Shown in pieces: positions 9,270 through 17,642 of a stretch of DNA of 64,000 nucleotides. The stretch spans positions 512,001 to 576,000 of the forward strand of contig CAWAKC010000001.1 of NCBI GenBank assembly GCA_963782525.1, read 5' to 3'. Every line of letters starts with the position of its first letter. Position 1 is the stretch's first letter. The position numbers and the translations under genes are program-made. The notes under the pieces are model-generated. The model did no database searches and had not been told where the DNA came from. It worked only from the letters and a program-made list of their open reading frames with translations. The stretch comes from Candidatus Bathyarchaeota archaeon. GTDB taxonomy: Archaea > Thermoproteota > Bathyarchaeia > Bathyarchaeales > Bathycorpusculaceae.

Positions 9270-9884
9270 ATGGAGAAAATAAAATCTTTTACTCTACCCA
9301 AACTACCCTATGAATACAATGCTCTTGCACCATACATTTCAGAGGAACAGCTAAAATTGCATCATGACAAACATCATCAAGCATACGTCAACGGCGCAAA
9401 CGCAATCTTTGAAAAAATAGATAAAGCGCAACAGGAAAACGCCGCATTAGACATCAAAGCAGTTGCAAAAGAGTTATCTTTCCACATCGGCGGTCACATG
9501 TTGCACACAACTTTCTGGGAAAACATGGCGCCAGCAGGCAAAGGCGGCGGAGGACAACCTGGCGGAGCAGTTGCAGACATGATTAACATGGGTTTTGGAA
9601 GCTTTGAACATTTTAAGAAGCAATTCTCGATGGCAGCTACCAGCGTTGAAGGTTCAGGCTGGGCAACATTAGTCGCGCATCCTTGTATTGGCCGACCCCT
9701 CATTATGCAGATTGAAAAACACAATGTAAACGTCTTTCCCAACTTCCAAATCTTAATGGCGTTGGACGTTTGGGAACACGCCTACTACGTTGACTACAAG
9801 AACGACCGCGCCAAATTCGTGGAATCCTTCTGGAACCTGGTCAACTGGGACAAAGTCAACAAAAACCTCAGCTTAGTAAAATAA
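9270..9884 (+). CDS. sod: Fe/Mn superoxide dismutase
   Basis: [19 protein letters not shown]. Confidence 0.97.
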   Translation: MEKIKSFTLPKLPYEYNALAPYISEEQLKLHHDKHHQAYVNGANAIFEKIDKAQQENAALDIKAVAKELSFHIGGHMLHTTFWENMAPAGKGGGGQPGGAVADMINMGFGSFEHFKKQFSMAATSVEGSGWATLVAHPCIGRPLIMQIEKHNVNVFPNFQILMALDVWEHAYYVDYKNDRAKFVESFWNLVNWDKVNKNLSLVK

Positions 9885-9949
9885 GCTTTTTGCTTACTTT
9901 TTCTTTGTTTTGTTTTTAAAAAAAATATAATGCGCCTAAAAATAAGCGC

Positions 9950-10267
9950 CTAAGGTTGCGGAGTTATTTTTATCGCCGCCGCTGGACATTGCATCTCGCA
10001 CGCCAAGCATTGTATGCAGTCTTTTTCGCGTGCCGGGTCAGATTTCCGCTCAGAAAGGGGGTGTCCAGGAGAATCAGCCCAATCGTATAACGAAACTGGG
10101 CAAACGTCGATGCACACACCATCTCCAACGCAACTATCCCAGTCTACCGCACTGGTTGTTCCATGTATTCCAAGTTTTTTGGGGGCTTCAATTGGTCCCC
10201 AGACTTTGTGACCGTTATGTTCACTTACAACTTGTCGTTTAGTTTGAAAATCAGGGTCTATTGGCAA
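9950..10267 (-). CDS. zfx: Zinc-containing dicluster ferredoxin
   Basis: N-terminal extension EHNGHKVWGP...LGIHGT, CVGDGVC...CP and CIQCLAC...CP, as in Sulfolobus/Thermoplasma Zfx; GGTGA RBS before TTG. Confidence 0.88.
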   Translation of the reverse strand: MPIDPDFQTKRQVVSEHNGHKVWGPIEAPKKLGIHGTTSAVDWDSCVGDGVCIDVCPVSLYDWADSPGHPLSERKSDPAREKDCIQCLACEMQCPAAAIKITPQP

Positions 10268-10371
10268 AAAATTCACCGTATTAACGTGGGGAACCCCATA
10301 ATATTAGGTTTTCTGCCTGAAGTTTTACACAAAGCATTTTGGGTTAGCCAGCATAACATATGGTGATTTCA

Positions 10372-11151
10372 ATGAGTCAATATTATTTGCCTGTTGGCAT
10401 GAGATACTCGACTTTGGAGGAAAGAAAACAATTCTACTCCAAAGAATTTGAACTTAAGAAAGTGGCTGAATGGTTCACAGGTGGGCTGGGCAACACAAAG
10501 TTTGCAGTCATTATAGGCAGGCATTCAAAAATTTACCCGGAAAAATACAAGGAAGACTCCGCAACCACCATAATAATCGATGAGTACAAGGATTTAGAGG
10601 ATTTGCGTGGTCAAATATTGGAGTTTCTGCCAGAAGCCGTCTACTACGACCGAAATGTATACGACGCAAAAAACAAAATAGTTGGGCAAGAGCTCGCCTT
10701 TGACCTTGATCCCGAAAACATAACCTGTCCTATCCACGGTAGTTTGGCAGATAAGTTGAAACGCCATCAAGGATTAAGCTTCTGCGAAATTGAATTTGAC
10801 ATGGTTAAAAAGGAGGCAATTGGGCTCTACGATTTTTTGGAAACCCGATTCTCGAATTTGAGAGTTGCTTATTCGGGCAGAGGCTTTCACTTGCACGTTT
10901 TTGACCCTCAAACCTGCACACTTAGCACCAAAGAGCGGCTGGACATTGCCCGGGAAGCAAAACAGGCAGGGTTCCATATCGACGAATGGGTAACTTCAGG
11001 CGAATACCGCTTAGTCCGATTGCCCTACAGCCTAAACGGTTTAGTATCAAGAATGGCATTACCACTAAGAAAAGAGGAATTAGAAAGCTTTGACGCCGTC
11101 TACGATGAGAGGTGTCGACCAAAGTTTTTGGTTCAAGAAGCTACTTTTTGA
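10372..11151 (+). CDS. Archaeo-eukaryotic primase small-subunit-like protein
   Basis: ELAFDLD (motif I), YSGRGFHLH (motif II), IDEWVT...RLVRLPYSLNG. Confidence 0.85.
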   Translation: MSQYYLPVGMRYSTLEERKQFYSKEFELKKVAEWFTGGLGNTKFAVIIGRHSKIYPEKYKEDSATTIIIDEYKDLEDLRGQILEFLPEAVYYDRNVYDAKNKIVGQELAFDLDPENITCPIHGSLADKLKRHQGLSFCEIEFDMVKKEAIGLYDFLETRFSNLRVAYSGRGFHLHVFDPQTCTLSTKERLDIAREAKQAGFHIDEWVTSGEYRLVRLPYSLNGLVSRMALPLRKEELESFDAVYDERCRPKFLVQEATF

Positions 11152-11233
11152 CTACTTTAGCCTTTTTTTCGGCTTTACTGTAATATGCAGCTTTTTTCTT
11201 TTCTTCTTCTGCAGTTTTAGGTTTTTTTGACAA
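11141..11233 (-). CDS. 30-aa Lys-rich small protein (absent from ORF track)
   Basis: TTG-SKKPKTAEEEKKKAAYYSKAEKKAKVVKK-TAG with GAGGAG RBS (11239-11244) and BRE-TATA (11268-11282). Confidence 0.55.
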   Translation of the reverse strand: MSKKPKTAEEEKKKAAYYSKAEKKAKVVKK

Positions 11234-11359
11234 TAAAACTCCTCATAAAAGAGTATTCTGGCAGATGCTTAAAAGACTTTTTGAACCGACTATTAGCAAT
11301 TGAAAGGTTTATCTGAGTTTGATTCTTCATTTTCTTGTACACATACTTGAGGTTGTTTC

Positions 11360-12745
11360 ATGGAGCAGTTTGATGTTATTGTAATCGGTTCGGGTTCAGG
11401 AATGCTAATTGCATCCGCCGCGGTTGAGCAAGGTTTCAAAGTAGCGTTGATTGAACGTGGAAAGATGGGCGGCACTTGCATAAATGTGGGCTGTGTCCCC
11501 TCGAAGATGTTGATTTACCCCGCCGATGTTTTAGCCACCATCGAAGAAGCAAAGAAAGTGGGCATCAATGCAACTGTGAACCCAGTTGATTTCAACAATA
11601 TCATTGGCAGGATGCACGAACTCGTTAATCATGATTCGGCCCAGCAAGCTGCAGCCGTCGAGGCAACTGAGAACTTAACGTGGTTTAAAGAAACATCCGA
11701 ATTCACATCAGATTATACATTACAGGTTGGCGATCATACGATAACTGCCAAAGTCATCTTTTTAGTTTCAGGTGCACGAGCCGCAATTCCCTCTATTAAA
11801 GGCATAGAAAACGTGAGTTACCTAACCAGCGACACCGTGCTGGAGCTAACAACTCAACCCAAGAGCATATTAATTGTAGGCGGAGGCTACATCGGCATGG
11901 AGTACGGTCACTTCTTCTCAGCCATCGGCACCAAAACCATCATACTACAGCGTCCTTTCCAAGTGGTTCCTGAAGAGGAGCCAGAAGTCTCCGACCTTTT
12001 AAAGACTGAGTTGGGAAAGCGCATAGAAATCTATACGGGATTTGAAGCCTTAGAAGCTAAACAGGAAAGCGGCACTAAAATTATCGTTGCCAAGAACCGA
12101 CAAGATGGCAGCATCAAAGAATTTTTGGCTGAAGCCCTAATGGTTGCCACAGGCAGAGTATCCAACGCCTACAGCCTTAAACCAGAAAAAACAGGCGTAA
12201 AACTCGACGAACATGGCTTCATAAAAGTTAACGAGTACCTCGAAACAACGAAGAAAAACATATTTGCCTTCGGCGATGCCATCGGCAAACAAATGTTCAA
12301 GCATGTAGCCAACTATGAGGCAGGCATAGCTTGGCACAACACAATCCATGACCACAAAGCAAAGGTAGACCTCTCAGCGGCACCACACGCAATCTTCACC
12401 CATCCCCAAGTTGCCTCAGTCGGGTTGAAGGAAGAGGAAGCTAAGCAGCAAGGATACAAGTTCTTGGTTGGAATGGCACTCTACAAAGACACAGCTATGG
12501 GTGCAGCACTTGGTTATCCTGAAGGTTTCGTAAAAGTCATCGTTGAACAGCAAACAGGCAAAATCTTGGGCGCCCACATAATCGGTCCCGAAGCATCCAT
12601 CCTCATACAGGAAATCACAAATGCCATGCTTTCAGAAAAAGGTGATTTTGGACCCATCGCAAGAGGCATGCATATCCATCCAGCCCTTAACGAAGTCGTG
12701 CAAAACGCTTTCGGCAACCTACACGAGCATGGACATGAACACTAA
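11360..12745 (+). CDS. Class I pyridine nucleotide-disulfide oxidoreductase (dihydrolipoamide dehydrogenase / mycothione reductase-like)
   Basis: IGSGSG, GGTCINVGCVPSK, GGGYIGME, HIHPALNE. Confidence 0.9.
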   Translation: MEQFDVIVIGSGSGMLIASAAVEQGFKVALIERGKMGGTCINVGCVPSKMLIYPADVLATIEEAKKVGINATVNPVDFNNIIGRMHELVNHDSAQQAAAVEATENLTWFKETSEFTSDYTLQVGDHTITAKVIFLVSGARAAIPSIKGIENVSYLTSDTVLELTTQPKSILIVGGGYIGMEYGHFFSAIGTKTIILQRPFQVVPEEEPEVSDLLKTELGKRIEIYTGFEALEAKQESGTKIIVAKNRQDGSIKEFLAEALMVATGRVSNAYSLKPEKTGVKLDEHGFIKVNEYLETTKKNIFAFGDAIGKQMFKHVANYEAGIAWHNTIHDHKAKVDLSAAPHAIFTHPQVASVGLKEEEAKQQGYKFLVGMALYKDTAMGAALGYPEGFVKVIVEQQTGKILGAHIIGPEASILIQEITNAMLSEKGDFGPIARGMHIHPALNEVVQNAFGNLHEHGHEH

Positions 12746-12806
12746 AACTGCTTAAATCTAAACAGTTATATTTGGCTTACACCAAACTTTATTTAGTGAG
12801 ATTTTT

Positions 12807-13091
12807 ATGCAGTTTTCCAAAGTTTCTGGCAAGAAAAATAATCACAAGGTCACCCTCTACGCTTTAAGCACTTGCGTTTGGTGCAAAATGACAAAACAAT
12901 ACCTAAACGACAATGGCGTCGAATACCAATGGGTTGATGTCGATTTGCTCGATGACAATGACAAAACCAGAGTCCATACGGACATAATTAGCAAAGGCGG
13001 AGTACTGAGCTACCCAACAATTATCGTGGATGACAAAACCGTAATTACAGGATTCCGCAAAGACCTTCTTAAAGAGGCACTGACCCTTTGA
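12807..13091 (+). CDS. Glutaredoxin-like protein, methanoredoxin type
   Basis: LSTCVWCK active site, SYPTI cis-Pro loop. Confidence 0.85.
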   Translation: MQFSKVSGKKNNHKVTLYALSTCVWCKMTKQYLNDNGVEYQWVDVDLLDDNDKTRVHTDIISKGGVLSYPTIIVDDKTVITGFRKDLLKEALTL

Positions 13092-13651
13092 TCACACTTG
13101 AACAAGTCCGCAAAAGAGCAGAAGCCGACGCAAAAACCTACGGCTACTACTTAACACCTCAAGCCGACCTTCTGCAAATGTTCATCGAAGGGCTTAAGAC
13201 AAACGAAGACCGCTATGGTTATCCGTCATGCCCTTGCAGATTGGCAACAGGCAACTTAGAAATCGACCGAGACATCATCTGTCCATGCGACTACCGCGAC
13301 CCCGATGTCGCAGAATTTGGCGCATGCTATTGCAGGCTTTATGTTAACAAAGCGGTATTTGAAAGCCAAAACCTTCCTGAGGTTCCTGAACGACGACCGC
13401 TTGAAAAACAGGGAAGAGCATACGGAGTGCCAGTGCTTCCTCAACAAGCTCAAGCACAAGGGATACAAGAAAAAACCGCTGCATTATCCACCCCGCAACC
13501 GCATAAGGCAGAGGTAAAAAAGAAGTTATGGTACTGCAAACAATGCGGATACGTCGTTTACCGCGAGGACCCCCCCTATGTTTGCCCGATATGTAAAGCT
13601 AAAAGGGAAATGTTCGCCGAAATACAAGCCAAAGTTGAATTCAAGGGTTAA
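13088..13651 (+). CDS. Ferredoxin:disulfide reductase (FTR catalytic domain plus C-terminal rubredoxin)
   Basis: CPC, CPC, CYC FTR motifs; WYCKQCGY...CPIC; start overlaps Grx stop. Confidence 0.9.
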   Translation: MITLEQVRKRAEADAKTYGYYLTPQADLLQMFIEGLKTNEDRYGYPSCPCRLATGNLEIDRDIICPCDYRDPDVAEFGACYCRLYVNKAVFESQNLPEVPERRPLEKQGRAYGVPVLPQQAQAQGIQEKTAALSTPQPHKAEVKKKLWYCKQCGYVVYREDPPYVCPICKAKREMFAEIQAKVEFKG

Positions 13652-13655
13652 AAAA

Positions 13656-13805
13656 CTATTTTTGGATTTCTATCTCGATTTTCTTCCAATCTTCTTTTAT
13701 TCCCTTAAGGGACATAACGCCGCCCGTAATGGTTCCATTCAACATTCTTGCAACAAATTCGTTTAAAGGGATTTCTTTTCCGTCAACTTTCAATTTTAGA
13801 CTCAA
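13656..13805 (-). CDS. 49-aa protein resembling the C-terminal module of archaeal MobB proteins (absent from ORF track)
   Basis: MSLKLKVDGKEIPLNEFVARMLNGTITGGVMSLKGIKEDWKKIEIEIQK; GGTGA RBS before TTG. Confidence 0.75.
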   Translation of the reverse strand: MSLKLKVDGKEIPLNEFVARMLNGTITGGVMSLKGIKEDWKKIEIEIQK

Positions 13806-13988
13806 CTTGTTCACCAAGGTATTATGAAATAGAAGGGTGAAGCGTAAAAAGTTTTTGCGAATAATTCATTAAATGAAGTGGGCTTCTCTCAATTTTAGGA
13901 GCACAGTAAAATGGATTTCTCGTTAAAGTGTATGTTTTAATAAAAATGGGAATTATTTGCGAGCCTATTTACGTAGTGATTTTTTAGG

Positions 13989-14099
13989 TTAGTTTTTGGC
14001 ATTAATGCATTTCCTCCTCAGAAGAGTGTATTTGGCGAAGGCTAAAGATAGGGATGCTAATCCGAAGACCTCTATTATTAGGGCTGTTGTTTCTATCAT
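13989..14099 (-). CDS. Possible 36-aa single-TM peptide
   Basis: MIETTALIIEVFGLASLSLAFAKYTLLRRKCINAKN: hydrophobic helix with basic tail. Confidence 0.35.
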   Translation of the reverse strand: MIETTALIIEVFGLASLSLAFAKYTLLRRKCINAKN

Positions 14100-14314
14100 T
14101 TTGGGTCACTTAGGTTTCCTTTAAGGCTGTTTCCATGCAGCCTTTGGTAATTTTTTCTTTTTTTATTGTTTTTTCGCTCATTTTTTACTACACTTTTGGT
14201 CATTATTGCAGTATGTTCAATAAAATATAAATGTAGTTAAGATTTGTTCATAAAAATTATGAAATATTAGACAAATAAGAGGTTTATTAAATGGCGACCA
14301 AAAAAATGTTCAAA

Positions 14315-14887
14315 CTAAATTTTTGAGCCGGTCGATTTAACAGTCACTCTCAACTTCGTCAAGTTCTCCTTAATCTCGGCCTTAACACCCATAGCTGCAA
14401 AGTATTCCTCAAGGAAAATCCTTATAAAATCCTTGGAAACCTCCGAAACCAACACCAACGTGTAGTCGTTTGGAGCGTTCTTGGTTAAGCGATAAAAGTT
14501 GCACACTTCAAGCCGATAGAGCATTTCTTCGGGTGAGTGCACTTTGGTCTTTAGCTGTTCCCAATGGGCACGTGCTACTTCTTTGTGCTCTTTCCAGAAC
14601 ATTTCCCTCTCTGGTGAGGAAGCTATTAAGCGCAGGAACATAAGCCAGTGGTCAACGTCCAGAATTATGTGTTCGCCGGTGAGTAGCATGTCGAGGTAGG
14701 CGTGGATTTTTTTCTTGGGTACTGGGTCTTCGAGTGCTTTATTTTCGTTGTAGAATTTTAAGGCGCGGCGCATTATTTCGCTCTGTGAAACTTGGGCTTC
14801 GGTGCTTATTTTTTCGAGCAAGTCAGCTGTTGATTTGTCGAAGGCTACGGTTATTCTTGTTGGGTTTACCATGTTTTCACTTGACAC
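14315..14887 (-). CDS. CopG/ribbon-helix-helix transcriptional regulator with C-terminal effector domain
   Basis: RITVAFD...VSQSEIMRRAL RHH pattern. Confidence 0.85.
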   Translation of the reverse strand: MSSENMVNPTRITVAFDKSTADLLEKISTEAQVSQSEIMRRALKFYNENKALEDPVPKKKIHAYLDMLLTGEHIILDVDHWLMFLRLIASSPEREMFWKEHKEVARAHWEQLKTKVHSPEEMLYRLEVCNFYRLTKNAPNDYTLVLVSEVSKDFIRIFLEEYFAAMGVKAEIKENLTKLRVTVKSTGSKI

Positions 14888-15070
14888 TTATCTGACACAT
14901 TTTCAGACTATTGGAAATTATATAAACATTATGTAGTAACATGAAGATTTTAATTTGCATATTTAAAGCTTAACTATAAATTTGTAGACATTTGTTTAGA
15001 ATACGAAAGCATCTCCCAACACACTCAAAGCTTTTTTAGACACCACCATTAACATAAGTCATCAGGCGTC

Positions 15071-15745
15071 TTGGAGAATATTAACTTGAAAATACCAGAA
15101 ATACACCTTGAACCCAAACAGCGAGCACTAAAAGTAATTGAACTCCTCGAAAAACAATACCCAAAGGCCAAAACCGCCCTAAACTTCGCTAACCCACTGG
15201 AAATCCTCGTAGCAACCATGCTCTCAGCTCAAACAACCGATGTAACAGTCAACATCGTAACCCAAAAACTATTCAAAAAATACCACACCACCCAAGACTA
15301 CGCAAAAGCAGATATAAAAGACCTCGAACAAGACATCCATTCCACAGGTTTCTACCACAACAAAGCCAAAAACCTAAAGAACTGCTGCCAACTCCTCGTG
15401 GAAAAATTCCACGGTCAAGTGCCCAAGACTATGGAGGAGCTTCTGGAGCTTCCGGGTGTTGCAAGAAAAACCGCTAACATAGTCCTCTACAACGCTTATG
15501 ACATAACGGCTGGCGTTGCGGTGGATACACATGTGACCAGATTGTCGCAGCGGCTTGGGCTAACGGAGCAAAAAGACCAAAACAAGATAGAAAAAGACCT
15601 AATGCAGATTACTCCCAAAGAAAAGTGGATGCCTCTCACTGACTTGCTGATTTTTCACGGCAGACAAGTGTGCATGGCAAAAAAACCCAGATGTGAAATA
15701 TGCGTCTTGAACAAGATTTGCCCTTCAGCCTTCACATTCGGATAG
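15071..15745 (+). CDS. nth: Endonuclease III
   Basis: LSAQTTD, LPGVARKTAN HhH, VDTHV, C-x6-C-x2-C-x5-C. Confidence 0.97.
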   Translation: MENINLKIPEIHLEPKQRALKVIELLEKQYPKAKTALNFANPLEILVATMLSAQTTDVTVNIVTQKLFKKYHTTQDYAKADIKDLEQDIHSTGFYHNKAKNLKNCCQLLVEKFHGQVPKTMEELLELPGVARKTANIVLYNAYDITAGVAVDTHVTRLSQRLGLTEQKDQNKIEKDLMQITPKEKWMPLTDLLIFHGRQVCMAKKPRCEICVLNKICPSAFTFG

Positions 15746-15801
15746 GCATTAGCCATTTATACAAGCGTTAACTTTTCTTTTTGCAGATAGGACTGATTTT
15801 C

Positions 15802-16281
15802 ATGGAGAACCAAGTTAAAGTCGGAGACAAGGCACCGGATTTCACGTTAGTTGATATGGACAAGAAACCCAGAAGCCTGCATGAGTTTTTAGGAAAAAAA
15901 GTTGTTTTAGCTTTCTACGTTGGCGCTTTCACCTCAACATGTACCAAGGAAGTATGTGAGTTCCGCGATTCCATGGCACAACTAGTCGATTTGAATGCTC
16001 AAGTCATCGGAGTTAGCGTTAATGATCCTTTCTCGAATAAGGCTTTTGCAGAAAAAAACAGGCTGCCCTTCCCTGTACTGAGCGATTACAACAGGGAAGT
16101 CATCAAAACCTACGGAGTTGAATTGTTTGATTTTGCAGGATTGAAGGGGTACACGGTTGCTGAACGCTCAATTTTCATCCTCAACGAAGAGGGCTTCGTT
16201 CGATATGTGTGGATTTCTGAGGACCCATCAGTTGAACCAAACTATCAGGATATACAGAAAGCCTTAGAAGAAATCCCCTAA
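15802..16281 (+). CDS. Peroxiredoxin (BCP/PrxQ-like)
   Basis: [21 protein letters not shown]. Confidence 0.92.
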   Translation: MENQVKVGDKAPDFTLVDMDKKPRSLHEFLGKKVVLAFYVGAFTSTCTKEVCEFRDSMAQLVDLNAQVIGVSVNDPFSNKAFAEKNRLPFPVLSDYNREVIKTYGVELFDFAGLKGYTVAERSIFILNEEGFVRYVWISEDPSVEPNYQDIQKALEEIP

Positions 16282-16317
16282 AGCAAACCCAACTATTGCA
16301 GTCCACCTATAACGAAT

Positions 16318-16356
16318 AGGGGTTATTGGCTAAATTTCAAGCCATTAACCCCTTTT
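16318..16356 (+). terminator. Stem-loop followed by T tract downstream of peroxiredoxin
   Basis: GGGGTTA-T-TGGCT / AGCCA-T-TAACCCC, then TTTT. Confidence 0.45.
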
Positions 16357-16573
16357 AAAATATCTTTTATGGGAAATTCAAGGATGAATTTGGTCGTCCT
16401 TTGTTCTGCAACCGGAAGTAAACCCAACTTCTTGTCGAGTCTTCCAATCTCAATTAGATATAAAAATCGTTTGCGTGTACGTTAGATTAGCTTTCCTCAA
16501 GTTCAACGCAGCTAATTCTGGATAATTCTTAAATCGTTAAACTGCATTTACAAACAAGGTAAGGTGTAAAAAA

Positions 16574-17512
16574 TTGGCACAACAACCACCAAGTTATAAA
16601 ACAGTTTTCGTTTTCCTAGACACAGACAAATATTGCAGTCCATTCGACATGCTCGTAGCAATCGACGCTTTCCCAGACTCAATGATATTCAAGTACGAGA
16701 ATATTACAGGCGAGGATGCCACAAAAATCGTTTACGATCTTCTGTTCCCACGTGGACCCGAAGGCGCAAAACACACTAAAGTCTTCATCAACGGAAGTAA
16801 CTTTGAAATGGTCGAACAAGTCGTCGCCGCTACACAGAAAGCGATGAAGTCAGCCCCATGGGGAAACAGCATTATCGTTGACCCACGAGGTGGATACTCA
16901 ACTGCCGCAGCCGCAGTAGCAAAAACTTTCGGAGCAGCCATGGAGAAAGGCTTCGGATCTTTAGAAGGCAAAAAAGTTGCAGTTTTAGCTGGCACAGGAC
17001 CAGTCGGGCAAACAGCCGCAAGAATCTACGCAGCAGAAAAAGCCAACGTAACCATCACCAGCCGCTCACTCGCAAAAGGCCAGGTAGTCGCATACAAAAT
17101 CAACCAGGAATGCGGTGCACAAAGAGTTACAGTTGTCGAGGTCACCAAACCTGAACAAACAGCTGCAGCCATTGAGGGTGCAGAAATTGTCCTTTCAGCA
17201 GGTGCAGGCGGAATTCAATTACTCTCAGCAGCAGATCTGAATAAGTCACCTACTTGCAAAATAGTAGCAGACATCAACGCTATCAAGCCATTGGGTGTGG
17301 AAGGTTTAGCTCCCAATGATGACGGCAAAGAACTCAAACCAGGCGTCTACGGCATCGGTGCATTAGCCATCGGGAAACTAAAAATCAAAACAGAAACAGA
17401 AATGATTAAACGCGCAACAGCCGAACCTTCAGGTCTCTTCGACTACGCAATCGCTTATACCATCGCTAAAGACCAAATCCTAAAGAAACTCGCAAAAGCA
17501 GCTGCCAAATAA
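16574..17512 (+). CDS. NAD(P)-dependent methylene-H4MPT/H4F dehydrogenase (MtdA/MtdB-like)
   Basis: SPFD...AID, FPRGP, DPRGGYSTAAAAV, GTGPVG, DINAIKPLGVEG, IGALAIG. Confidence 0.85.
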   Translation: MAQQPPSYKTVFVFLDTDKYCSPFDMLVAIDAFPDSMIFKYENITGEDATKIVYDLLFPRGPEGAKHTKVFINGSNFEMVEQVVAATQKAMKSAPWGNSIIVDPRGGYSTAAAAVAKTFGAAMEKGFGSLEGKKVAVLAGTGPVGQTAARIYAAEKANVTITSRSLAKGQVVAYKINQECGAQRVTVVEVTKPEQTAAAIEGAEIVLSAGAGGIQLLSAADLNKSPTCKIVADINAIKPLGVEGLAPNDDGKELKPGVYGIGALAIGKLKIKTETEMIKRATAEPSGLFDYAIAYTIAKDQILKKLAKAAAK

Positions 17513-17642
17513 GCAGATAATTTCTTATCTTTTCTTTATAAAGAATTTTTCCATTTTGAATAACTATACTTATTTATGATAAATTTCAGTTTGTATTTAT
17601 CATTCAAGTAAGCTCTATGTTAGTTAAGGATGAGAATTTAAT

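Noticed and set aside
17576-17603. ATGATAAAT-N10-ATTTATCAT inverted repeat upstream of mscS
   Set aside because: AT-rich, single occurrence, no candidate regulator
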